From positions 64,286-128,285 of the forward strand of contig CAZUMW010000002.1 of NCBI GenBank assembly GCA_964621615.1: a stretch of DNA of 64,000 bases, written 5' to 3'. The stretch is from an uncultured Thermodesulfobacteriota bacterium (GTDB lineage Bacteria > Desulfobacterota > WTBG01 > CAIYCZ01 > CAIRTM01). A program made the position numbers and the translations under genes. Positions 1 to 9,880 of the stretch are shown here, in pieces. The first letter of the stretch is position 1, and the number at the start of each line of letters is the position of its first letter. Below the pieces are notes generated by a model. It saw only the letters and a list, made by a program, of their open reading frames with translations, did not search any database and was not told the origin of the DNA.

Positions 1-1
1 G

Positions 2-520
2 GACATGCTCAAGCAGGCCGGCGCTTCGGACGCAGCGGCCGTGCAGATTGGCGGGCCGTCCGGCCAGATGATCTGCAGGGATGCCTTTGCGCGCACCATT
101 TGTTACGACGATCTTGCGACCGGCGGATCGGTTATGGTGTTCGGGCCGCAACGCAACATCCTTGAGGTGGTTGATTACTTTATGGACTTTTTTGTTGAAG
201 AGAGCTGCGGCTACTGCACGCCCTGCAGAGTGGGAAATGTTATTTTAAAGCAGCTGCTTGAGCGCGTGATGGCCGGCAAGGCCGAGCCGTCGGATCTTGA
301 CCGTATGCAGGAGCTTGCCGAAACCGTCAAAGCCACGAGCCGCTGCGGGTTGGGGCAGACCTCACCCAACCCCATACTGACAACGCTTGCCAATTTCCGG
401 TCAACCTATGAGTCTCTTGTGCGCGAGGGGAAAGACGGGCTGCAGGCATCTTTTGATATTCAGGCGGTGCTCCAGGATGCGCAGAATATTACCGGCCGTA
501 AATCGGAATACTTTTCATAA
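2..520 (+). CDS. hoxF: NAD-reducing [NiFe] hydrogenase diaphorase subunit HoxF, C-terminal part (NuoF-like); 5' end lies outside the window
   Basis: NuoF-type 4Fe-4S motif 'ESCGYCTPCRVGN'. Soluble-ligand-binding region. Followed directly by hoxU, hoxY and hoxH. Confidence 0.75.
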   Translation, partial: DMLKQAGASDAAAVQIGGPSGQMICRDAFARTICYDDLATGGSVMVFGPQRNILEVVDYFMDFFVEESCGYCTPCRVGNVILKQLLERVMAGKAEPSDLDRMQELAETVKATSRCGLGQTSPNPILTTLANFRSTYESLVREGKDGLQASFDIQAVLQDAQNITGRKSEYFS

Positions 521-537
521 CAGAAAAAGGATATATC

Positions 538-1251
538 ATGAGCGATACACTGACCTTTACCATTGACGGCGTAGAAGTAAGCGCCCGCAAAGGGCAGACC
601 ATTATGGACGCAGCCGATGATGCGGGAATATATATTCCCCGCCTGTGCGCCTGCAACGACCTGTCGCCGCACGGCAGCTGCAGGGTTTGTACCGTGTTTG
701 TCAACGGCCGGCCTCAGGCGGCATGCACGCAGCCGGCGGCTGAAGGCATGATCGTTGAAAATGATACGGAAAAGCTGACAAAGATACGAAAGCAGATTCT
801 TGAGCTTTTGTTTGTCGAAGGCAATCATTTCTGCATGTTCTGTGAAAAAAGCGGCAGCTGTGAGCTTCAGGCGCTGGCATACCGCTATGGGATAACCGCG
901 CCGACGCTGCCGTATCAGTTTCCCTCCCGAGAGGTCGATGCCTCCCACCCGGATATTTTTATCGACCGCAACCGCTGCATTCTGTGCGGCAGGTGCGTCC
1001 GTGCGTCCCGGGACCTTGACGGCAAAAACGTGTTTGAATTTATCGGGCGCGGCCCCGACAAACGGGTTGCCGTGAACGCCTCCGCACGGCTCGCCGATAC
1101 CAATATCGACATAGCCGACAAGGCTGTCGATATGTGTCCGGTGGGAGCGATTCTGCGGAAGCGCCAGGGCTATACAACGCCGGTCGGCCAGCGGCGGTTT
1201 GATCACACGCCGATAGGGTCTGATATTGAACGCAAAGCCACAACCAAATAA
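538..1251 (+). CDS. hoxU: Hydrogenase diaphorase subunit HoxU (NuoG N-terminal-like 2Fe-2S/4Fe-4S ferredoxin)
   Basis: N-terminal 2Fe-2S pattern 'CACNDLSPHGSCRVC'. Additional clusters 'FCMFCEKSGSCE' and 'CILCGRCVRAS'. RBS-like 'aaaaggatat' upstream. Sits in the operon with hoxF, hoxY and hoxH. Confidence 0.75.
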   Translation: MSDTLTFTIDGVEVSARKGQTIMDAADDAGIYIPRLCACNDLSPHGSCRVCTVFVNGRPQAACTQPAAEGMIVENDTEKLTKIRKQILELLFVEGNHFCMFCEKSGSCELQALAYRYGITAPTLPYQFPSREVDASHPDIFIDRNRCILCGRCVRASRDLDGKNVFEFIGRGPDKRVAVNASARLADTNIDIADKAVDMCPVGAILRKRQGYTTPVGQRRFDHTPIGSDIERKATTK

Positions 1252-1272
1252 GCATACGCAAGGAGCCTGTTA

Positions 1273-1818
1273 ATGGAAAAGCCAAAAATTGCAACTACAT
1301 CGCTGGCAGGCTGTTTCGGCTGTCACATGTCCCTGCTTGATATCGACGACCGGATATTGAATTTAATCGAGCTTGTCGACTTCGATAAGTCGCCAATTGA
1401 CGATATAAAGGAATTTACCGGCCGGTGCCTGGTCGGGCTTGTTGAGGGCGGCTGCTCAAACGATGAAAACGTGCGGGTTCTGCAGGCGTTTAGAAAGCAC
1501 TGTGATATCCTTATTTCTGTGGGCGACTGTGCCACCATGGGCGGCCTCCCGGCTATGAGAAACACCATTCCCCTGAAGGAGTGCCTTGAGGAGGCATTCA
1601 TAAACGGTCCCACGGTATATAACCCCGGCAAGGTTATTCCCTGCGACCGGGAAATACCGCTTTTGCTCGACAAGGTATACCCCTGCCACGAAGTGGTAAA
1701 GATCGATTACCACCTGCCCGGCTGCCCGCCGCCGGCGGATACCCTCTGGGAAACGCTTGTCGCTCTTTTGAACAACAAGCCGATTGATTTGCCCTATGAG
1801 CTGATCAAATATGATTGA
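1273..1818 (+). CDS. hoxY: [NiFe] hydrogenase small subunit HoxY
   Basis: 'LAGCFGCHMSLLD' proximal-cluster motif typical of HoxY/MvhG-type small subunits. 181 aa. RBS 'aaggag'. Confidence 0.75.
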   Translation: MEKPKIATTSLAGCFGCHMSLLDIDDRILNLIELVDFDKSPIDDIKEFTGRCLVGLVEGGCSNDENVRVLQAFRKHCDILISVGDCATMGGLPAMRNTIPLKECLEEAFINGPTVYNPGKVIPCDREIPLLLDKVYPCHEVVKIDYHLPGCPPPADTLWETLVALLNNKPIDLPYELIKYD

Positions 1819-1845
1819 TCTTTATTTTTATGAGGAGACGATATT

Positions 1846-3291
1846 ATGGCAACTGCTTCCGACGGTTTGAAGCGGGTCATCATTGAACCGGTTACCCGTA
1901 TAGAGGGGCACGGCAAGGTGTCTCTGCTGCTCGATGATAACAATCAGGTCAAACAGGCCAGGATGCATATTGTGGAATTCCGGGGCTTTGAGCGCTTTGT
2001 GCAGGGCCGCCCCTTCTGGGAAGCGCCGGTTCTTGTGCAGCGGCTGTGCGGCATTTGCCCGGTCAGCCACCACCTGGCCGGCGCAAAAGCAATGGACCAG
2101 ATTGTCGGCGCTGACACCCTGACGCCCACAGCGGAAAAGATGCGCCGCCTTATGCACTACGGTCAGTTTTTTCAGTCGCACGCGCTGCATTTCTTTCATC
2201 TTGTTTCCCCGGATCTGCTGTTCGGGTTTGACGCAGACCCGGCCGTGCGCAACGTGATCGGGGTTGCCAAGAAGTATCCGGACCTTGCGGTTCAGGGTGT
2301 GATGATGCGCAAGTTCGGACAGGAAATCATCAAGGCGACCGCAGGAAAAAAGATTCACGGCACCGGAGCGATTCCCGGGGGCATTAACAAAAACCTGTCT
2401 ATTGAAGAGAGGGATTTCTTTCTGAAAGACATCGAACAGATGCTTGAGTGGTCGCGCGGCGCCTTGAAAGTCGCCAAAGATTATACCGTCGAGCATCTTG
2501 AGGAGCTCAAGGATTTCGGCTCGTTTGACTCAAGCCACATGAGCCTCGTTCGCGATGACGGTGCCATGGATATTTACCACGGCAGGCTTCGGGTAATCGG
2601 TGCTGAGGGTGATACTATCATCGATGATATCGATTACAACAATTATCTTGACTATGTCGCTGAAGAGGTCCGGGACTGGTCCTACATGAAGTTTCCCTTT
2701 ATCAAATCCCTCGGCCCGGAAAAAGGGTGGTACCGCGTGGGCCCGCTGTCGCGAGTGAACGCCTGCGATTTTATCGACACTCCTGAAGCGGAAGCCGCCC
2801 GCAAAGAATTCATGGCGGTGACCGACGGCAAGCCCAATAACATAACCATGGCCTACCACTGGGCCCGTATGATCGAAACCCTGCACGCTGCTGAAAAAAT
2901 GCGCGATCTGCTGCACGATCCTGATCTGCAGGGCGACGATCTGGTGGTTACCGGACAGCGGCGTGAGGAGGGCGTCGGCCTTCTGGAGGCGCCGCGCGGA
3001 ACGCTGTTTCACCATTACCGGGTAAACGAGAACGATCAGGTGACGATGGCAAATCTTATCGTTGCAACGACAAACAACAACGAGCCCATGAATCAGGCGG
3101 TTAAGAAAATAGCCGAAGATTATATTTCCGGAAAAGAAATTACCGAAGGCCTGCTCAACAGAATCGAAGTGGGCATCCGCGCATACGATCCCTGCCTCTC
3201 GTGCGCGACTCACGCCATGGGCCAGATGCCACTTTCGGTAGAACTGTTTGATCACAACGGGTGCCTGCTTGACAGAAAAGTCAAAAGCTGA
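1846..3291 (+). CDS. hoxH: [NiFe] hydrogenase large subunit HoxH
   Basis: N-terminal 'RIEGHGKV' and 'RLCGICPVSH' (RxCGxC) motifs. C-terminal 'DPCLSCATHA' Ni-binding and protease-cleavage motif. RBS 'gaggagacg'. Confidence 0.85.
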   Translation: MATASDGLKRVIIEPVTRIEGHGKVSLLLDDNNQVKQARMHIVEFRGFERFVQGRPFWEAPVLVQRLCGICPVSHHLAGAKAMDQIVGADTLTPTAEKMRRLMHYGQFFQSHALHFFHLVSPDLLFGFDADPAVRNVIGVAKKYPDLAVQGVMMRKFGQEIIKATAGKKIHGTGAIPGGINKNLSIEERDFFLKDIEQMLEWSRGALKVAKDYTVEHLEELKDFGSFDSSHMSLVRDDGAMDIYHGRLRVIGAEGDTIIDDIDYNNYLDYVAEEVRDWSYMKFPFIKSLGPEKGWYRVGPLSRVNACDFIDTPEAEAARKEFMAVTDGKPNNITMAYHWARMIETLHAAEKMRDLLHDPDLQGDDLVVTGQRREEGVGLLEAPRGTLFHHYRVNENDQVTMANLIVATTNNNEPMNQAVKKIAEDYISGKEITEGLLNRIEVGIRAYDPCLSCATHAMGQMPLSVELFDHNGCLLDRKVKS

Positions 3292-3307
3292 AAGCCCCCG
3301 CACGCGG

Positions 3308-3769
3308 GTGCTGCTGATCGGCTACGGCAACCCCGCACGTGAGGATGACGGGCTCGGCCCGGCAGCTGTCGAAGCGATGCGGGAATATTCGGATGCGGAT
3401 GTAACGATAGATGCCGATTATCAGCTGACGGTGGAGGACTCCGAAGCTGTTTCTCAGCATGATGTTGTGATATTTGTGGATGCTGCGATAGATGGCAGCG
3501 GGCCGTTTTATTTTAAACGGGTTCAGCCGTTGCGCCAGGAAAGCTTCAGCTCGCACAGCGTCAGCCCGGAGGCAGTTCTCGGGCTGGCCCAAGACCTGTT
3601 TCAGGCCGGTGCTGCAGCATATAAGCTCGGCATACGCGGGTACTCTTTTGAGATGTTCTGTGAGCGCATTACCGACGGGGCCTGCGCCAATATGCAGGAG
3701 GCGGTGCGGTTTCTCGAGCGCCTTATCCGTACCAGGGACTTTTCTCAAGCGGCGTGTCCGCCGGAATGA
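3308..3769 (+). CDS. hoxW: Hydrogenase maturation endopeptidase HoxW/HycI family
   Basis: 'VLLIGYGNPAREDDGLGP' start and 'FVDAA' are typical of HybD/HoxW proteases. Start is uncertain: the ORF opens with TTG at 3248 and overlaps the hoxH stop; GTG at 3308 gives ~153 aa. Confidence 0.65.
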   Translation: MLLIGYGNPAREDDGLGPAAVEAMREYSDADVTIDADYQLTVEDSEAVSQHDVVIFVDAAIDGSGPFYFKRVQPLRQESFSSHSVSPEAVLGLAQDLFQAGAAAYKLGIRGYSFEMFCERITDGACANMQEAVRFLERLIRTRDFSQAACPPE

Positions 3770-3796
3770 AACCACTAAGACAAGAGGTGCAGTCAC

Positions 3797-4171
3797 ATGA
3801 AAGACGGAAAACATGTTATTTTGTGTATCGATGATGACCAGGATGTGCTTGATTCGCTGCGCGTCGTTCTTGAAGGCAATGATTATGTGATGGTGGAGGC
3901 ACGCAGTGCGGAAGAGGGGCTCAAGGTATACAAACAAAACAGCCCGGACTTTATTCTGGTTGACCTCATGATGGAGGAGGTCGACGCAGGGCGCAGCCTG
4001 GTTAAGGAATTGCGCCTTCTTGACAATAAAGCGCCGGTATATATGCTTTCATCTGTGGGTGATTCGCTGTCCTCAAACGTTGACTATTCCGAGCTGGGCC
4101 TGAACGGGGTGTTTCAGAAGCCTATAGACTTTACCACGCTGCTGTCCACGCTTAAGGCCAAGCTTGGCTGA
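3797..4171 (+). CDS. Single-domain response regulator (CheY-like receiver)
   Basis: 'ILCIDDDQDVLDSL...FILVDLMM' carries the acidic pocket and the phospho-acceptor Asp. 124 aa with no output domain. RBS 'agaggtg'. Confidence 0.7.
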   Translation: MKDGKHVILCIDDDQDVLDSLRVVLEGNDYVMVEARSAEEGLKVYKQNSPDFILVDLMMEEVDAGRSLVKELRLLDNKAPVYMLSSVGDSLSSNVDYSELGLNGVFQKPIDFTTLLSTLKAKLG

Positions 4172-4211
4172 ACCGGCAGCAGGGCCGCTGAAGCCGCATG
4201 TCTCTGTTGTT

Positions 4212-4577
4212 TCATAGCTCGGCAATGCCGTACAGGCACAGCGCCAGGTTCAGGGACCAGATAACAGCGATAGCGATTATCAGCCGGTGAAAAAGCCGGG
4301 TCCGGCCGCTCAAGCGCACAAACAGGGCGCTTAAAAAGATTACCCAGGTTGACACTCCCAGAAAAATTCCGCAGACGATTGAAGCGCTGAAGTCAATGCC
4401 GATGACAAGTGATTTAAAGCCGGTATGCGGAAGCACGGTTGCAAAAAAGTCAATAATCACTCCGGCGGTCATCAGCCAGAGGGCTGTACGCATATATCGT
4501 CCGGACATATGCAGTATCGTGCCGGCAATGAAAAGGCCAAGTGCAAAAAAATAAACACCATTCTGGAGCAGAAACAT
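4212..4577 (-). CDS. Small integral membrane protein (4 predicted TM helices), hypothetical
   Basis: Hydrophobic ORF of 121 aa with no recognisable motif. Confidence 0.35.
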   Translation of the reverse strand: MFLLQNGVYFFALGLFIAGTILHMSGRYMRTALWLMTAGVIIDFFATVLPHTGFKSLVIGIDFSASIVCGIFLGVSTWVIFLSALFVRLSGRTRLFHRLIIAIAVIWSLNLALCLYGIAEL

Positions 4578-4887
4578 TAAAGCTGCTTTCCTTCCGGGTG
4601 GTTTCAGCTGTTTATGTTATAGCCGGTGTCAGTAGTGCCCAAAATAATGTACGAAGCCGGTTCGGGCGGGGCTCTGCAAAGCCCCCGCAACAAATTCAAT
4701 TTTTAGAATTTTTACACAGTTTTGTTATTTTTTACCTTATGATCTGAGGGCCAGTGTACGATGTCATATATATGAAGGCAACCGTTTTTTATTATTTACT
4801 TTTCGTTGTGTTCAGGTAAAATATTCCCCTCATTTAACCGGAAAGTATAAAAAAACTACCAGACAATATAATGTACAGGTGATTTCC

Positions 4888-6627
4888 ATGCGGCCGATTG
4901 TGAAACTTACAGCATGTTTTTTAGTGCTTCTGACAATTTTTCTGTCAGGGTGTGCTTACACTATATCGAGTACAAGCAAAGAACCCACCCCGAAAACCGC
5001 CTCACCTGAACCGCCGGCACCTGTCCCTGAGGCGGCTGTTTCGCAGGCGCGTTTTGAGGCGATTCCATCGCAGCCAGACGGTGATGCTCCGCAGCAAAGC
5101 CAGCGGCTCATTGATTCCGCACTTGAATTTTATCAGGCGTCCAATGACTTCTGGGAGCAGGGTGAGCTTGAAAACGCCATAGAGGCGCTCGATAAGGCAT
5201 ACTCCCTGATTCTTGATGTGTCAGCAGAGGATGAGCAGACCATCCTTCAGCAAAAGGAGGATCTGCGGGTTACCATCGCCAAGCGCATTATGGAAGTATA
5301 CGCCTCCCGGGCAAAAGTCGCCAACGGCCACCAGCATGCCATCCCGCTGATTATGAATGAGCATGTCCAGAAGGCGCTGAAATCGTTTCAGAACAGGGAG
5401 CGCTCTTTTTTTATAGAATCCTATGTCCGGTCAGGGCGTTACCGACCCTATATTGTACAGCAGCTTAAGGCTGAAGGCATGCCCGAGGAGCTTTCATGGC
5501 TGCCGCTTATTGAAAGCGGATACAAGCTGCGCGCCTATTCGCGCGCGCGCGCGCTGGGCATGTGGCAGTTTATCGCTTCCACCGGATATAAGTTCGGGCT
5601 TGAGCGCACCGCCTGGATCGATGAGCGTATGGATCCCGAGAAATCAACCGCTGCCGCCATTGCCTACCTTAAGGAGCTTCACGGTATTTTCGGCGACTGG
5701 ACAACAGCGCTTGCCGCCTATAATTGCGGCGAGGGCAATGTGCTCAAAGTTATCAGGCGTCAGAAAATAAGCTACCTTGATAATTTCTGGGATCTGTACA
5801 AAAAGCTGCCCTATGAAACCGCGTCCTATGTGCCGCGGTTCCTTGCGGTGCTGCATATTGTGAAAGATCCGGAAGCGTACGGGTTTGACCTTCCGGAACC
5901 TGCCTCCCCGGTTGAAACCGAGATGGTTGAGATAAACAAGCACGTTCACCTGAGAGCAGTAGCCAAAAACATTAACATTCCCTATGACGAGCTTCGGGAT
6001 TTAAATCCGGAGCTGAGAAAAAATATAACCCCCAAGGAAGTCTACCGCATCCGGGTGCCGGCGGGCACGTCGCCGGTGCTTATGGCAAAAATAGACGACA
6101 TGCCGGTGTATGTGCCGCCGTATGTTGTGCACCGGGTCAGAAAGGGCGAGTCGCTTTCCCTGATCGCCGAGCGCTACAGGACCTCAGTGCGAAACATCAT
6201 GGCCGCAAACGGCCTTCGCAGCCGCCATTTCATCCGTGCCGGCTGGAAGCTGAAGATCCCCACAAGCAGCATCATTCCATACAGAAGCTCCTACACCAGA
6301 ACCTCTGCCGGATTGATTAAATATGTTGTCAACCGCGGCGACTCGCTCTGGGAGATCGCCCGGCGGTTTAACACGACCATCAGCGCTATTAAAGCGGCAA
6401 ACCACCTGCGGTCCTCCCGCCTCAGGATCGGTCAGGTGCTGCTCATACCAAAACAGACCCACCATATCTATTCCTCGACAAAAGCCTACACCGTGAAGCA
6501 GGGCGATTCACCCTATCTTATCGCCCGGCGCTACAACATGAATCTCGGCGATTTTCTGCGGCTCAACAACCTGTCGACCGACTGCAGAATTTTTCCGGGA
6601 CAGAACCTGCTGGTGAAGGCGAATTAG
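4888..6627 (+). CDS. mltD: Membrane-bound lytic murein transglycosylase D-like lipoprotein with 3 C-terminal LysM domains
   Basis: Lipobox 'LSGCAY'. SLT domain 'LPLIESGYKLRAYSRARALGMWQF...AAYNCGEGNV'. Three LysM repeats ('HRVRKGESLSLIAERY', 'YVVNRGDSLWEIARRF', 'YTVKQGDSPYLIARRY'). ATG at 4888 is preceded by 'aggtga'. Confidence 0.8.
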   Translation: MRPIVKLTACFLVLLTIFLSGCAYTISSTSKEPTPKTASPEPPAPVPEAAVSQARFEAIPSQPDGDAPQQSQRLIDSALEFYQASNDFWEQGELENAIEALDKAYSLILDVSAEDEQTILQQKEDLRVTIAKRIMEVYASRAKVANGHQHAIPLIMNEHVQKALKSFQNRERSFFIESYVRSGRYRPYIVQQLKAEGMPEELSWLPLIESGYKLRAYSRARALGMWQFIASTGYKFGLERTAWIDERMDPEKSTAAAIAYLKELHGIFGDWTTALAAYNCGEGNVLKVIRRQKISYLDNFWDLYKKLPYETASYVPRFLAVLHIVKDPEAYGFDLPEPASPVETEMVEINKHVHLRAVAKNINIPYDELRDLNPELRKNITPKEVYRIRVPAGTSPVLMAKIDDMPVYVPPYVVHRVRKGESLSLIAERYRTSVRNIMAANGLRSRHFIRAGWKLKIPTSSIIPYRSSYTRTSAGLIKYVVNRGDSLWEIARRFNTTISAIKAANHLRSSRLRIGQVLLIPKQTHHIYSSTKAYTVKQGDSPYLIARRYNMNLGDFLRLNNLSTDCRIFPGQNLLVKAN

Positions 6628-6951
6628 CCCCCGCCTGCCCGGTTAAGCACAGCAAGTCCTTTTAGCAAGCAATAATATTGTCAGAAAAAAGATCAGGGTG
6701 TATGCTGCTGCCTGTGAGAATACGCTTATTTTGTATTTTTCTCATGGGGATCCGGCGATTATTTCAATTTGAATCGACAATACCAAATTGAGGTGTGTTA
6801 CGATAATGTTGAATTGTGGGGCTTTTTGTATTACACCTACGAATATGATGTTTTGCCGGTGCAAGACTGTTACGTATTTATCGCAAAGATGGTATTCCCA
6901 AGCCTAATACCACCACATATAACGAAAAAATTTTACAAGAGGCCCACATGA

Positions 6952-9834
6952 ATGAATTACGAAAATATGACAAAAGAACAGCTCATAGATGAACTTTCGG
7001 CTTTGCGCCAGGGAAACACAGCATCCGAGAAATCAGAACGGGAGTTTCTCGATGCAGTACTCTATACCATTGAAGATGGTATAGTTGCCTGTAACTCTGA
7101 CGGGATCTTAACCCTGTTTAATCGGGCAACAAGAGAATTTCATGGTCTTCCCAAAAAACAAATACCCGCCGAAGAGTGGGCACATTATTATGCTTTATAC
7201 CTCCCTGATGGCAAAACGCAAATGAAGAAAGAACAGGTTCCTCTGTTCCGTGCATTACAGGGTGAGTACGTTAAAAATTGCGAGATGGTGATTGCGCCGC
7301 GGCAAGGCAAGAAACGCTCATTGTTGGCCAGCGGCCAGCCGTTGTTTGACTCAAAAGGAATAAAAATCGGTGCAGTTGTCTCTATGCACGACATTACTGA
7401 CCGTAAATTTAGTGAAAATAAGCTAAAAGAATATAGTAACAAACTTGAACATTTAGTCGAGGAACGCACATGGAAGCTAAAAAAAATTAACGAGGACCTT
7501 AAGAAGGAGATTACCGAACGCAAGTTTGCCGAAGACAAGCTGCGTCAAAATAAGATATTAATTGACATGACGAGCAAGATGGCAAAGGTTGGCGGCTGGG
7601 AATTCGATGTAATAACTCAACGAGTTACATGGACAGACGAGACGTATCGCATACACGAAAAACAGCAATGTGCGGAATATGTTGATCTGGAAGAGGCACT
7701 TAATTCTTTTCATCCTGATGATCAACCGATATTGAAAAAAGCCTTTGAAGAAGCTATCAATCAGGGCAAGCCGTACGACCTGGAACTTCGGCTCATTACA
7801 GCCAGGGGCAACAAGAAATGGACACATACGGTTTGCAAACCTGTAATTATCGATGGCAAAGTTGTCAAACTGCATGGGAGTTTTCAAGACATTACCGAGC
7901 GCAGGCAGGCGGAGGAAGCGCTGCGGGAGAGCGAAGAGAGGTTCAGGTCTCTTGTAGATAATATCCCCGGCACAACCTACCGCTGCGCATTGGACGAACA
8001 TTGGACAATGCACTATATGAGCGATCAAATTGAGCAGATAAGCGGGTATCCTGCAAGCGATTTCATCGGGAATGCGGTTCGCACGTACGAAAGCGTTATT
8101 CATCGAGAAGATAACGGGTATGTTGCCAGAAGTGTTTGCGAAGGGGTTAATGCCGGAAGAGCATGGGAAATCGAATACCGGATCTGCCATAGGGACGGCG
8201 GCGTACGCTGGGTCTATGAAAAGGGCCGGGGCGTCACCGGCAATGATGGAGTAGTTGCTTTTCTCGACGGTTTTATCCTCGAAATCACCGAACGAAAGCA
8301 GACAACTGAAGCGTTGATACAATCAGAAATGATGAACCGCGCACTGCTTGAGGGTTCGCCGGTGTGCAATAAGATCATTGATTTGAATTCCAAGCTCCAA
8401 TTCATGAGTGCCGCAGGTGTGGCGCGTCTCAAGGTTCCCGACGTCAACGAATACTACGGGCAGCCCTATCCTTTTGATTTTTTCTGCGAAGAATCGCGAA
8501 TTGCCATAGCCGAGAAATTGAAAACAGCTTTTGCCGGTGAAACCGCTGAAATTGAATGCGCTACTCACGACACAGAAGGTAATGAACTGTGGTTTTTACA
8601 TACGTTCGTACCCGTTTTTGACAATGATGGTCAGGTCACATTTGTCATCGGCTCATCGGTAGATACCACCGAGCGGAGAGTGGCTGAAAAAAACCTTCTG
8701 CAGGCCCAGAAAATGGAAACAGTCGGCACCCTTGCAGGCGGTGTTGCCCATGAGTTCAACAATATCATCGGTGGCATGATGGGCTATGCGGAAGTGGCAA
8801 AAGACATTATTTCTAAAGACAACCAGGCACGTGACATTCTTGACAGAATACTGAACCTGGGCAGCAGGGCAAGTGATATTGTCAGACAGATGCTTGCCTT
8901 CAGCCGTGAAAAGCAAAGCAGCAAAACACCGCACCAGATACACCTGTCACTAAAAGAACAGATAAAAATGCTCCGGAATATTATTCCTGCCACAATTGAG
9001 ATCAAAGCCAATATAGATAAGAATGCCGGCATGGTTATAGCCGATGCCACGCAAATGCAGCAAGTCGGCGTGAACCTGTGTACCAACGCTGTGCATGCCA
9101 TGGAGGAAAAGGGAGGTGTTCTTGAGATAAACCTTTGCTCTGTCTATCTTGATGGAGAAGCGGCACAGGCATTTCAGGATATTACTCCCGGCAACTATGC
9201 AAAACTCACTGTCTCTGATACCGGCCCCGGAATTGCCCCTGAGATTATTGATCGTATTTTCGATCCGTTTTTCACTACCAAGGAAGTCAACAAGGGAACC
9301 GGACTGGGACTTTCCGTTGTACACGGAATAATAAAGGACCATGGGGGGACAATTTCAGTTGAAAGCGAGGTTGGCAAGGGAACCACATTTACCGTATTAT
9401 TGCCAACAGCAGAATCAAAACAAGCTGAAGAACATGAAGAGAAACCGGTTGACATACCAAAGGGAAAAGAAAGTATTCTGATTGTCGATGATGAGGAGTC
9501 GATTGTATCTACGATGAAGGTTATGCTTGAACGGCTCGGATATCGGGTAACAGCATTGACCAGCAGTGTTAAGGCCCTTCAAACGTTTAGAGAATCACCC
9601 CGTGACTTTGATCTCATTATCACCGATCTTACCATGCCTGTATTTACCGGTGATAAACTTGCTTCTGAAATACTTGCCATGTGTTCCCACATGCCCGTTA
9701 TTCTCATGACAGGCTATAACGATATGGTTGATAGTGAAAAGATAAAATTAAGCGGTATCAAAGCATTCATGCCAAAGCCATGTAAAAAAATTGACTTGGC
9801 AAGCACTGTCAGATGTGTTCTTGATAGGCCGTAA
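6952..9834 (+). CDS. Multi-PAS sensor hybrid histidine kinase (PAS x~4, HisKA, HATPase_c, C-terminal receiver)
   Basis: H-box 'HEFNNIIGGMMGY'. G-boxes 'DTGPGI' and '[18 protein letters not shown]'. Receiver 'ILIVDDEESIVSTM...LIITDLTMP'. Repeated PAS-like segments. Confidence 0.85.
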   Translation: MNYENMTKEQLIDELSALRQGNTASEKSEREFLDAVLYTIEDGIVACNSDGILTLFNRATREFHGLPKKQIPAEEWAHYYALYLPDGKTQMKKEQVPLFRALQGEYVKNCEMVIAPRQGKKRSLLASGQPLFDSKGIKIGAVVSMHDITDRKFSENKLKEYSNKLEHLVEERTWKLKKINEDLKKEITERKFAEDKLRQNKILIDMTSKMAKVGGWEFDVITQRVTWTDETYRIHEKQQCAEYVDLEEALNSFHPDDQPILKKAFEEAINQGKPYDLELRLITARGNKKWTHTVCKPVIIDGKVVKLHGSFQDITERRQAEEALRESEERFRSLVDNIPGTTYRCALDEHWTMHYMSDQIEQISGYPASDFIGNAVRTYESVIHREDNGYVARSVCEGVNAGRAWEIEYRICHRDGGVRWVYEKGRGVTGNDGVVAFLDGFILEITERKQTTEALIQSEMMNRALLEGSPVCNKIIDLNSKLQFMSAAGVARLKVPDVNEYYGQPYPFDFFCEESRIAIAEKLKTAFAGETAEIECATHDTEGNELWFLHTFVPVFDNDGQVTFVIGSSVDTTERRVAEKNLLQAQKMETVGTLAGGVAHEFNNIIGGMMGYAEVAKDIISKDNQARDILDRILNLGSRASDIVRQMLAFSREKQSSKTPHQIHLSLKEQIKMLRNIIPATIEIKANIDKNAGMVIADATQMQQVGVNLCTNAVHAMEEKGGVLEINLCSVYLDGEAAQAFQDITPGNYAKLTVSDTGPGIAPEIIDRIFDPFFTTKEVNKGTGLGLSVVHGIIKDHGGTISVESEVGKGTTFTVLLPTAESKQAEEHEEKPVDIPKGKESILIVDDEESIVSTMKVMLERLGYRVTALTSSVKALQTFRESPRDFDLIITDLTMPVFTGDKLASEILAMCSHMPVILMTGYNDMVDSEKIKLSGIKAFMPKPCKKIDLASTVRCVLDRP

Positions 9835-9880
9835 TTTCCCAACTCAGATATTTCCTGCTAACCTTTAAAATCCCGCCGTC

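Noticed and set aside
460-1206. 248-aa minus-strand ORF antisense to hoxU (and similar long antisense ORFs at 7558-8322, 50360-51088, 55143-55946)
   Set aside because: These sit entirely inside strongly supported genes on the opposite strand. High GC inflates antisense ORF length, and they carry no motifs or RBS.
4666-4688. GC hairpin (gcggggc-tctgcaaa-gcccccgc) in the mltD upstream region
   Set aside because: There is no adjacent U-tract on either strand and it is not positioned at the 3' end of any gene. It is probably just a promoter-region structure.
9835-9880. 46-bp gap between two convergent hybrid kinase genes as a potential bidirectional terminator
   Set aside because: No stable hairpin or T-tract is evident by eye.
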